Shown here in pieces: positions 49,841-61,435 of a stretch of 64,000 bases of DNA. Origin of the DNA: Lytechinus pictus (Eukaryota); assembly GCF_037042905.1 (NCBI RefSeq), contig NC_087246.1, positions 4,776,001 to 4,840,000 on the forward strand. The letters run 5' to 3'. The notes beneath the pieces were generated by a model that was given only the letters and a program-made list of their open reading frames with translations, did not search any database and had not been told where the DNA came from. The first letter of the stretch is position 1; every line of letters starts with the position of its first letter. Made by a program: the position numbers and the translations under genes.

Positions 49841-52800
49841 GGTGACCCGACAATTGCTCCGCCGACAATTGCTACGCAAAATAAGACAGTTGCTCCGCCG
49901 ACAATTGCTCCGGACAATTGCTCCGCCGACAGTTGCTCCGTCGACACTTGCTCCGCCGATATGTGCTCCGTCGACACTTGCTCCGCCGATATTTGCTCCG
50001 CCGATATTTGCTCCGCCGACATCTGCTCCGCCGACATCTGCTCCGCCGAAAATTGCTCCGCCGACAATTGCTCCGCCGATAATTGCTCCGCCGACATCTG
50101 CTCCGATTATACGACAATTGCTCCGCGACAATTGCTCCGCCGATATTTGCTCCGCCGAAAATTGCTCCGATTATACGACAATTGCTCCGCGACAATTGCT
50201 CCGCCGATATTTGCTCCGCCGAAAATTGCTCCGATTATACGACAATTGCTCCGCGACAATTGCTCCGCCGACATCTGCTCCGATTATACGACAATTGCAT
50301 GAACATCTTATTTCTCCAAGTTGGTCTATGTTAAATGATAAGAAATTCATCCTGATACAAATTGTTTTGTCGTTGTTTTGTTCTTGTTATTCGTTAATGT
50401 TTTATTTATTTTATTCTCCCCCTATCATCACAGCTTTCTGCTTAAAAAAACAAAACAAATTGTTCTCCCTGCCGCTGCCACTTGACAAATTGTAACGGAG
50501 AAGGGGAATGACACACTCCCCATTGAAATTGTGAATCTGGATTTTTGTTCATATATTATTATTATTGGTTTCACTCCGGTCTTGAGCGGGGAGATAATTT
50601 GGGGGGGGGGGGGGGGTGCTGGACACAATATCTCTTCTGCTTTCCAGCAACTTATACACCATACATTCGCGCGGGCTCTCTTTCTCGTTTAGTTCTTTCA
50701 CGTTGTGTATTTTTATTGGTGACCGCTTGATTTATTGTAATATTTATCAGTATTATAATTATTAATATTTGTATCAATAATTTTTATTTACGTCTTTGGC
50801 CTTATCTACCCTTGCACTTTTTTTCCTTCAATTTGTTTCAAACGAAAGTATGATCATCACTGGCGTACAGATGGGGGAGGGGCGTGCTAGGGGTCGCGGA
50901 TCCCCCCATTCTCCCTACCAATGAAAAAAAAAAGAATAAAGGAAAGGAAAATAAATGTCATCCTTGTCTCGCCCCCTCCATTTTTTGTTGTTGGCTCATT
51001 ACGCTACTGGTGAGTTACTATAAAACTAGACTTCGGTTGTATTTTTGTTCTATTCTGTGCAAAGCGACAATATAAATATATTATAATAAATGAATATATG
51101 TATGTATCTCTCTCATTACGTCTAAACAAATAATGTTATTTTTAAAAGACAATTATATATATACCAGCAATAATATAGTTACAAATTCATGAAACCCAAT
51201 ACGCATCTCACTGAATTTATAATGCGAGCACAAAGCACGAGCTGTTATTGACATGGAAAGGGGACATTTATACGCCTTTTTTAAATTGTAAACATGAAGC
51301 ATATCTCGGGGGGGGGGTATCTCGTAAAAGAAATGAGAGCACGATGCGTTAATTTAATATTTTGGATATATTTACCAGAGTTACAATTCTATATATTTCT
51401 TTTTCTTTGTGTTATTTCTTTCGACAAACTGTAATTGAAGTATTGAAGAGTATATAGGCTGTTATGCCTGCTGATCATGATAGAATGTGGATTATTTTGC
51501 TGATTCATTAGATCTTAACATGTGTTCTTTAAATTTGGTAATTTGGGTACATGTTAGAAACACAGGCATTGTGCATTCAGATGCACATTGTGGAAATGAG
51601 ATTCAGTATTCCTTGCATCTAAGAAAGGTTTTGAAAATGACACTACTCTCAATTACATGTATACCGTGTCCATAATTGCGAGTGTGTGAGAATAAAGGTG
51701 TTTGCAGTCATTAAAGTGTAGTTTTGGTTGGAAAACGTTAATAAAACTGTCGAGAACGTACAGTCTTCATGATTTCATTTATCTCATGTTCTGATCAGTA
51801 AATCAAATAAAAAAATTATAATGACAAGAACTTGTTAAGTTTATCCTTCTATTTCAATCCCATGAATAAACAGAAATCGCGATATTCAGAAATAATAAGT
51901 CATACACCTCCTTTTTTCCTCAAGCTCACACTCACTCCCCCTCTCTCCACCTCTCTCTTTCCCTCCATAACCCTTTTCACAATCATTTTTTTTTCCGCAT
52001 AAGCAAAACGACGACGACAATGATAATGATGGTGATGATGAAGATGCTGATAATGATGCTGATGATGATAATGGTGGTACAATGATAATGACAATAAGTA
52101 CATGAACACACGTTTTCTTCTCATATAGTTCATTCTTGGAAAATACATAGGCGGCCATATACACATGAAGGTATATCATTTATAGAAGAAAATCTTGTTT
52201 GATTGATTTTTTTTTAAACTACGTGTAAAATTATATCCCCCATCAACAACAAATTGTTACTTACATTATAACATCATAATGAATATAATTCGACTATTGG
52301 CGGACCATATTTAGATTTAGATTAAGATTTATTCATTTTCCGTTCACAAAGCACAACAAAATCAAAGTAACAATACATAGTCAAATTTAAAGTACAATAT
52401 CAATCGGTATAATGCATAAGAATTAGAACGTATAAACAATGAGAACTAATGCGACCTAAAGTAACCTTGACTAATAACTATATAAAACAGAACATATGGA
52501 TTTTATTTTTGGATTATTTAAAAAAATTTAATTATCCTTTTTCTATCAGTGAAGAAAACAATCATGATCAACATAAAACAAAAAAGCAACTCACTATTAT
52601 ATACAGTATTATCATAATCTAAAAACCTACGATGTGTATGACATGATGTGGATGTGGAGACCAGACTGAGAGCACTGTGTGTACGAGAGGATATGGAAAC
52701 CAGAGTGGAGGGGTGTGCCGAGAAGGTGACACGACATGTAGCCTTTCACAAGTTGGTATTTTCTTGAATATTAATTTTTACTTACTGAATGTCTTGGTCA

Positions 52801-53876
52801 TGTTTGTATCGCACAAAATTTGCCGACAGTAAACATTTTGCGTGACTACAGTACAGGTTTTCGACAAAATAAGGTGGGGTATACCGTTGAATTTCACCTG
52901 GAGCAAATGTCTCCACTTCGGAGCATATTTCGCCAGTCTGAGCGATTTTGACGCTAAGAATGGGGTATGTCTAATTTGTTTCTACTGTTATAACATGGAG
53001 CTATATGGTTATAATAATTACATGAAAACGCGTTTTTTTTTTCATTTTAATCGCCAGGCACGTAATAAAACTTACACAAATGTTCCCCCCCCCCACCATG
53101 AATAAGCATTAAGAATATATATCCCTCCTTTGTGCTTACCCCTTTTTTTCTATTTCTTTCTATATGCATGTATCAGGGGCCGCGGAGCCGGGGGGCTTTA
53201 GCCCCCCAATTTTCCAAAGCCGTGTACAAAAAACGTAATAATGACCATATGATTGTGATTTTTAGCATGGACAGCCCCCACTTTTGACTCAGCCCTCACT
53301 TTGAAAACCGTTCCGCGGCCCCTGTGTATGACATTTAATATATCATGCAAGCATAGTTTAAGTTTATTTTGTAAATTCATGGAGCTTGACGCCTTCAGCC
53401 TGTGCTAAAATTGTTATGCGTATGAAAGTACGAATAAAAAAATAAATAAACAATTGTCGCATTATCGGAGCAATTTACGGCGGAGCAGATGTCGGCGGAG
53501 CAAATATCGGCGGAGCAATTGTCGCGGAGCAATTGTCGTATAATCGGAGCAATTTTCGGCGGAGCAAATATCGGCGGAGCAATTGTCGTATAATCGGAGC
53601 AGATGTCGGCGGAGCAATTATCGGCGGAGCAATTGTCGGCGGAGCAATTTTCGGCGGAGCAGATGTCGGCGGAGCAGATGTCGGCGGAGCAAATATTGGC
53701 GGAGCAAATATCGGCGGAGCAAGTGTCGACGGAGCACATATCGGCGGAGCAAGTGTCGACTGAGCAACTGTCGGCGGAGCAACTGTCCGGAGCAATTGTC
53801 GGCGGAGCAGTTGTCGTATTTTGCGTAGCAATTTTGTCGGCGGAGCAAATGTCGGCGGAGCAATTGTCATGGAACC
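49841..53876. mobile_element. TU/Puppy-like foldback transposon with 15-bp tandem-repeat arms, 8-bp TSD TCTATCAA
   Basis: Inverted arrays of GACAATTGCTCCGCC variants at 49841-50298 and 53451-53876, with the same order of variants. TCTATCAA at 49833-49840 and 53877-53884. GG...CC ends. Confidence 0.88.
53174..53324. mobile_element. hAT-like MITE inside the foldback element, TSD TGTAT
   Basis: TGTAT|caggggccgcgga ... ttccgcggcccctg|TGTAT. Confidence 0.8.
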
Positions 53877-54440
53877 TCTATCAAAGCCTTCACCTCATTC
53901 AACTTAAAATCATTAAACCGTACGATCTCACAATATAATCGCTACCCGCGTACCTCCTCATACAACAAAAGAAACATAGGTATTTTACTTTTTGTGAGTC
54001 AGATAGACTATATCTGTATGTAGAGACAACGGGTATAACGAAACGTCGACGTTTGGACACATTTTCATGCAGTCTGGAGAAATAAACTTGCCTGTTTGTG
54101 GATTCTAACTCAACTTGAGGTTGATTTAAACATTTGAGTCTTAGTTATCTGATAACTTGCAAAACTTGAAAGTTAACTCAGAGAGCAAACACTCTGACTA
54201 CATTGTAAGGACAACATACACTGAAAATGTCATCGGCTTCTAATCGAGCTTGTAAATGTTCACGACCGAAATGTTCCGATTTTGGCTTCGGAGGCGTCTC
54301 ACCGTCCATGTTTGTCACAGCCCAGGTTAGTATACTTATTTTACCTTGAAGACGGGGGGGGGGGGGGGGGTGTATTCCATGTGGACGTGTATATGATGTA
54401 GGTTAATGATGGGAGTTGTACAACCTACAACAATCCCCAG

Positions 54441-54692
54441 CAGTGGCGGATCCAGGGGGCACAGTCGGCCCGTGCCCCCCCCCCCTTTGAGAGCCATAAT
54501 CAAAATTTATAATGTAAATATACCGTTTTTACCCAAGTGACACTTGTGCCCCTATTTTTTTTATTGCTTTTCAAAGTTCTCGCGGACGATATGACCTTCA
54601 TTTTTAGTTGAAAATTCCCTTTTTTTTTGCTTGTCAAATTTTCCTTGGAAAAATGTGCTCCCCCCTTTTGGAAAACCCAGGATCCACCCCTG
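54441..54692. mobile_element. hAT-like MITE
   Basis: cagtggcggatcc ... ggatccacccctg TIRs. Confidence 0.7.
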
Positions 54693-55600
54693 ACCATCCC
54701 CCATACTGGACATACCCAGTGTCTAAGCCCCTTGACGTAGAATAAACTTTCAAACTACTCTATACTGTTCAACCGATCTGTCAGGGGGCTGGACTCGCAT
54801 CGATATTATTCTGTAATATTAGAGTTAAACAGTACATTTATGATGAAACTACTTTTAGCTGAAGAGATTCCGCAAAATATATTGTAAGTGTTTCACCATA
54901 TTGTAAACAACAACAATGTATATCCACCCTACCGAAGAGTGACGCCATCATATAGTGACGTCATGTCATATTTCACGGTTGTTATGTGTTGAATTCAGCA
55001 TTTATTTGTTCAGTCTATTTTAGATAATTTTATCTCGTATTTCTGTGGGCTTCTTATTCGCTATAACATTTTACCGTATTGATTCGTAATATATGATCTT
55101 TTTCAGATATGATCGATGACCGTGTACAATGCGTGTCAGACATGTCAGAAGGAAAAAAATGCGAAACGGAGAATTATTAATAAAAATGATGATGCATACC
55201 TTTGAAGCGTAGGTCCCTATCTTTCATTTTACAATGGCTTTGATCCAACTTACAATATAATTTCAACTTACAATTTATTTCAAGCAAGAGGGCATGGGCT
55301 CCAGGAGGCAGTGGATACACTTATCATGGGAGACCCAGGATGGGAGAGGGCGATTGGACACCGGGATCGAACATGTGCCCCGAAAAATAATGGAAGTTTA
55401 AAGCATTTCCGGGGAATAGGTTCGACTTTGTCAAACTGTATCATGCGCAAAATAGTGTTAGAGGAAAAACTCAAATAACGTTTGGAGGAGGAGGGGGGGG
55501 GGGGTGTCATCAAATCAGTGACATCATATCAGTCAACCAGCGATATAGATTAAAACATAAACACACACACACAAACCGCGATTTCCTAAGCTGATGATAT

Positions 55601-56046
55601 TGTAGGGTGGCTACTGGAGTTAGAGTTAGGGTTCACTACACAGGTGTTAATGTTATATAAAACACAGAGAAGTCTCTCTATTCAAGGCTAGGGTGGAACT
55701 GCCCAAGAGCACGTGGCTCACTTTATTTCTGTCTCCTCTCCAAAATCATAGACATCGAATTAACATAATAATTAACCAATCAGCAATCAGTGTGTAGGCC
55801 CTATACTGTATAGTCAATGTGTGTGTAACAGAACATACAGAGAATCAATGAATTGAATGCATGTACCGGTAATCCAGGTCAACTACATGTCTTAACAAAG
55901 AAGTGAAATTCACAAAGACTGAGCAGATGCATCTAACATTCCAACTTGTTTATAAAGAAAGTTCTCTGACCTATAGAATACTGAACTGCATCTAACCTGT
56001 ACATGAAAATATAAAGTTCTCTGAACTATGGAAATAAGGCTCTACA
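55601..56046 (-). repeat. Probable 3' LTR of the Gypsy element
   Basis: TGTAG...CTACA ends; minus-strand AATAAA at 55722-55727; purine tract AAGAGAGAG just upstream on the minus strand (PPT-like). The partner LTR is not visible. Confidence 0.65.
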
Positions 56047-58458
56047 TAATACTCTCTCTTACAGTAAAAATGTCCTCATTTTTCTTTAAATGGTCTATCT
56101 TCCCCATTTCTTTTTCTTTTAACCAACCTTCTTTTAAACCAAAATCAGTCTTGTAATGTATTATTAAACATCATCATACAGTGTACACCAGACAAATTTT
56201 AACCTTTTTTTATATTAACAGCATTCATGTATTAAAAAAAAATATTGTGGAAAGGTTCTTGTAAAAAAAAAAAAAAAACGACTTTGCAAAAATATTTGAT
56301 TTGTGTATTTTCTTTTAAATCATGAAAAATACTAGTAAACTAAGATGTTTGAGACCTAGCATACACAAATCCTCAAGATAACAAGTTCCTGAATAGAAAA
56401 CAACAGCCATTCCCAAAATATGAAAATAAAATGCATGGAAATGAATCCCTGAAAGAATACTGCATTTTCATGTTTTCATTTTTTTTTTTTTTTTTTAGAA
56501 ATTGGGAAATCTATTTAAGATTTCATTGTCAGAAGAAATTTTTTTTCTCCAAATATTGTCAGAAGAAATTTTTTTTTCCAAATGTTGGGAAATAACTCAA
56601 TTCACTATGAAAGTTGTCATGGAATGAGATACGAAATCATCTTAAACAAGTATCCCCTTCAATGCAATCAAACATATGTACTGTGTACTGATAAAAAGTT
56701 GATGTTCCAAAAAAAACTATGTGCAAGGGCACCATATTTATCATTTTGAACTTACCACGAAAATGCAGTTAATAAACATGTTTTCAAAAACACAAACAAA
56801 TTTGCTATGACCAGGTAGCTTTCGCTTTCTACTATACTACACAGGTCAATGACCATTGTCAGTTCTGCAAACATCAGCTCCAAATTGGAAAAAAAATATT
56901 TTAGTACAATTCAAGCTTAATGATGAAAATCTTATTGTTCAATGCCTTCAGAACTTGCTTTATACTAACATATGGATATTGAAATTTGCAACATCATACC
57001 ATTGTACTCTGACGCTACCCTCCAAACTACACCATTGCAAGGCCACAAACCTTAAAACAAGCACTGTACATTCAACTCTGCATTTGCTAACTGCACCAGT
57101 GATAAATGTTTCTTTTGTAAAATCACTGTTAGCTGGCAAAGTACTAATCGCTGGTAGGTCATGTACAGTAAATTCTGCATTACAAGTAAATTCAAAATGT
57201 GTAGATATCTGTTTCCCCATTTCAAAATCCTTGATAATTTTCTAAAGAAAACTTTACTTTTCCATAGTGAATATTCCAACTTCTATTGTATTTTTCACCA
57301 AAAAAACAAAAACAAAATGACAAACAGTTAAATTTGTGCAACATTGCAATGGTATAAAATTTGGCCTAAAAAAAAAAAGGTGAAAGGACCTATTCAGCAA
57401 GCCATATGTCTCTTTGGTATCTTACTAATGATTTTTTTTTTTAATGGCTTTCTGAACACTTGTCCTAGATGTGAAGTGATTTCCTTTCACAAAGCTACAA
57501 ACCATGACAAGAACTTTTTTCTATTTTCCATGTATTAGAAATGGTTTTATACAGGTATGAGTTATTATATTTCGTTAAAAAAAATTGCCCTTTGGGGAAA
57601 ATTATGAATTCCAATTCACAGGGTCTGTCTAATGGAAATTTTCCTTTTGGCATTGTACACATAAAGACACATAGAGCAATTCCCATCTATATTTATAACT
57701 ATGATGGCTCGATTTGAGATCAAATGTGCTAAAAACAGTTTCTCTACATTTGCTATGTATAGTATATTATATACCACTAAATATACCGTAGTCTCTACTG
57801 AGACTTTGTCTTGCTTCACGTCATCGTATACGCACTACAGTAGTGATGGTAGACAATAGACATCATGCCATGATACACAAAGGTACCACCGGAATCAAGC
57901 CTAATTAAAGCTGGGTAGCATACTATTATGTTGCAAGTTTACTTCCTTCTACCCTCCATCCTAAAAGTAATCATTTTGGGATAACATTTGTATTTATCTA
58001 AAAAAAAATGTTTGTGCTATATTGTATTCTAAAGTAATGTTCAATAATCTTCATCCTGAAGTGATATTTTTCCATATCCAACAGCCGTTTTCACGCTTTC
58101 TATCCATATTCTTTGATTGACAATCATCATCCTTATTTTGATGAGAAAAAATTCACGAAGACATTTTCGTATAAAATAACAAGTACATCCAATCAAGTTT
58201 TTATATCACATCATATGTTGAGGACGTTCATAATTATAATGTTAATAATTTGAAGAGTGGCCACCACTTTTAGGGGGATTAACCAAAATTAAAAAGAAGC
58301 TTTTATCCAAATACTATAAGTTGGCAATGTCAGGGATTACAAAAAAAGAAAAAGTATACCCGTTTCTGTAAATTGCAATAGAAAAACAGTTACTAAAGTA
58401 AAACGACGACTTCTCAGCCAATCAAAGTTATTCGCTTTTCCTTTTTGGTTTGGTGACA

Positions 58459-60119
58459 TCACGAAGTATCATAGTCCTTGAATCTCTTAGGCGGTTTTAA
58501 TAAGCGTCCACTTCGTGATCGTCGTGGCGGTTGCTCAACATTTGCCTGACATGGCGGTATCGGTAGTTGTTCTCCATCCTCTTGGGGGAAGGGGATGGGT
58601 ATCCGGTTTCCCTCGTCTGCCTGGGGGGCAGGCATTGGTAGTTGTTCTCCATCCTCTTGGGGGAAGGGGATGGGTATCAGGTTTCTCTGGTCTGCCTGGG
58701 GGGCAGGCATTGGTAATTGCTCTCCATCCTCTTGGGGGAAGGGGATGGGTATTAGGTACCTCTCGTCCGCTTGGGGGGCTGGCATTGGTAGTTGTTCTCC
58801 ATCCTCTTGGGGGAAGGGGATGGGTATCAGGTACCTTTCGTCTGCTTGGGGGGCTGGCATTGGTAATTGCCCCTGGTTTACCTGGGGGGCTGGCATTGGT
58901 AAGTGCCCCTGGTCCGCCTGGTTGGGTGGAATTGGTAGTTGACCCTCATATGCCCGGCGGGGTGGAATTGGTAGTCGACCCTCGTCCGGCTGGCGGGGTG
59001 GAATTGGTAGTTGACCCTCGTCTGCCCGGCGGGGTGGAATTGGTAGTTGACCCTCGTCTACCCGGCGGGGTGGAATTGGTGGTATTTGTGGTTGCCACCA
59101 AATATCAAAAGAGTCTGCAGGCCTATTGGAGGACGTAGACCTGTTAAGGGAGGAAAATGGTATATTAAAGGGGGGAGAAAGTGTACCGAAGGAGGAAGTA
59201 GCTTTACCGAAGGAGGAAGTAGCTTTACTGAAGGAGGAAGTAGGAGTTCCCATCCTCGACCTGAACGGCTTCAAACGATTGTGGTGTACAATCTTTACAT
59301 CTCCGTTCCTAGAAATCTTGTAGTTCAGTCCCTCAGTACATGATGATAGAACTTTATATGGTCCCTTCCAATTCGGCTCTAGCTTGTTCCGCACGTTCAC
59401 CGGATCGTGTAACCAAACCAGGTCACCTGCGGAATAATTGATAGTCCTATTTCTCTTGTCATAATATTCCTGTTGGGCTACCTGTGCTCTCCTAGTATGC
59501 TCCTTCACAAATCTAAAGGCTTTAGACAGACGTTTATTAAGTGAATCTGTATAACCTTCTGGAGTAGAAGTAGGATGTGAGGTAGCTGCTGGCGTTGGGA
59601 AGTTGACGTTGGCTGGAGTCCTAGCCTCTCGTCCATGCATTATGAAGTAGGGTGATAACCCAGTGGTAGAATGCACACTAGAGTTATATTGAAGTTGGTG
59701 TAAATGGCTATCCCAGTCTCCACCTTGGTCTGCAATGTACTTGGCTAGTTGATCTTTCAGGACTCTATTGGCTCTCTCCACAAGACCTGCACCCTGAGGG
59801 TGGTATGGGGAGGACCTTGTTTTCTCTATTCCCAGATTTTTACATAATTCTTGCACAAGTTTGGATTCAAACTGCCTTCCTTGGTCTGTGTGCAGGCTTT
59901 CAGGCACTCCATGTTCTTGGATGTAATCTTCAAAAATGTGCCTTGCCACTGTCTGTGCTGTCTGGTCTTTCATAGCGTACACGTTCAAGTATTTGCTGAA
60001 GTGATCCACTACCACCAGCAGATATTGATATCCGTTCCTAGATCTTGGGAGTTGTGCTATATCAGCAAACACCTTCTCTAGAGGACGTGTAGTGGTAATG
60101 GTCATCAGCTTTGCTCTGT
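58459..60119 (-). CDS. Gypsy pol, integrase core and Pro-rich C-terminal tail (downstream of the insertion)
   Basis: FADI...VVVDHFSK...LHTDQGRQFES...YHPQGAGLVERAN DDE core; WKGPY motif; ends RSGRLLKPPKRFKDY. Confidence 0.92.
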
Positions 60120-61435
60120 CCCACTGGGCATTTTACCCGATATTACCCGGGTTGTAACAGGTAATAACGTAGTTATTACCACGGTAACACCAGTGGGTAG
60201 TAACGGGGAAATAGTAGACCAATCTTTCCCCGTTATTACCCGGACCCGATATTACTCCATTTACCCAATATTACCCAGTATGATGTAACCGATATTTCCA
60301 GTTATTTTCATGATATTACTGCCCGATATTACTCCATTTACCCAATATTTCTCAGTATGATGTAACTACTATTTCCAGCATTTTAATGATATCACCACCT
60401 CATATTACTCTGTTTACCCAATATTACCCAATTAATGTCGGCTCATTAAAAAAACAATTAGTGTCATTAGGGTCATTGAAGCACATTTTTACAACTCCAT
60501 ACTCTAAGCCATATCATCTTATCCTATCCTAAAATCCTACATCCTAATCCTAATCCTATCCTACACCTATCCACCAAACCCTGTCATTTACTTCTATATA
60601 TTGAGCGAGTTTACAACACTTGACAAATTATGGTTAACAATTATTCAACCCTAAAACATTTTTCTAAAATTAATGTCATGATTATGACTAATATGATATA
60701 TAAACTACACATTTTTCTGAAAATTTTCTGGGTGGAATAATTGCATAAACATAAACACATTAATTATTACAGCTATATTAGCTAAAATTTTGGCCATTTA
60801 TTGTAGTAATGAATATTCATGAGTAACTAATATTCCCAGCATTTTCCTGATATTACCATCTGATATTACTCCATTTACCCAATATTAATGGGTTCCGCAT
60901 GGGTTGGAGGTATCGTTTCCATCTGAGTCCTATCTGGGCACCATGTGGGTTCAAGTATATGTTTTCATCTGGGTTCCATGTGGGCCCATATGGGACCCAG
61001 ATATCCCAGATAAGAACCGTATGTGATCCAGATACTTTGCTGTCTGGGAATGGAAGCGTTTCAACATTACCCATTACCCCTTATCAACCTGTTTGTAACT
61101 GGGTAAAATGTTGGTTTCATCAGGGTGATAACAGTAATTTTTTGGACTTTGAAAATTTCGCTGGGATTGCTGTAAGATTGCTCTTATTACTAAAGTTTGC
61201 AATGTTATAACCAATCAAAGTCATTCAACATTACCCTTATTACCCCTCATCACCCTGTTGTAACTAGGTAAATGTAGGTTTCATCAGGGTGATAACAGTA
61301 ACAGGTATCAACAGGAATTATAATTTCGGTAATAACATGGTAATAACGGTAATATTTGGTGTTACTCAAATTTCCGGGTGATATTACCGGTAATAACCGG
61401 TAAAATTGGTAATCGGTAACAAATTGCCCAGTGGG
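60120..61435. mobile_element. CCC-ended (CMC/EnSpm-like) non-autonomous DNA transposon inserted in integrase, TSD GT
   Basis: GT|cccactgggca ... tgcccagtggg|GT; many TTACC/GGTAA subterminal motifs; removal restores the pol frame. Confidence 0.9.

Noticed and set aside
52786..52960. Possible exon with gtaagt donor inside the foldback middle
   Set aside because: No supporting ORF, acceptor or partner exon.
49752..53938. Pentapeptide-repeat ORFs (APPTI, SAEQL, CSADI, RRS)
   Set aside because: Stop-free 15-bp repeats give ORFs in all frames; these are transposon arms.
58515..59343. Plus-strand ORFs of 207, 115 and 98 aa
   Set aside because: Antisense shadows of the repetitive integrase tail.
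61250..61435. C-terminus of the 905-aa ORF as part of pol
   Set aside because: Read-through into the inserted DNA transposon.
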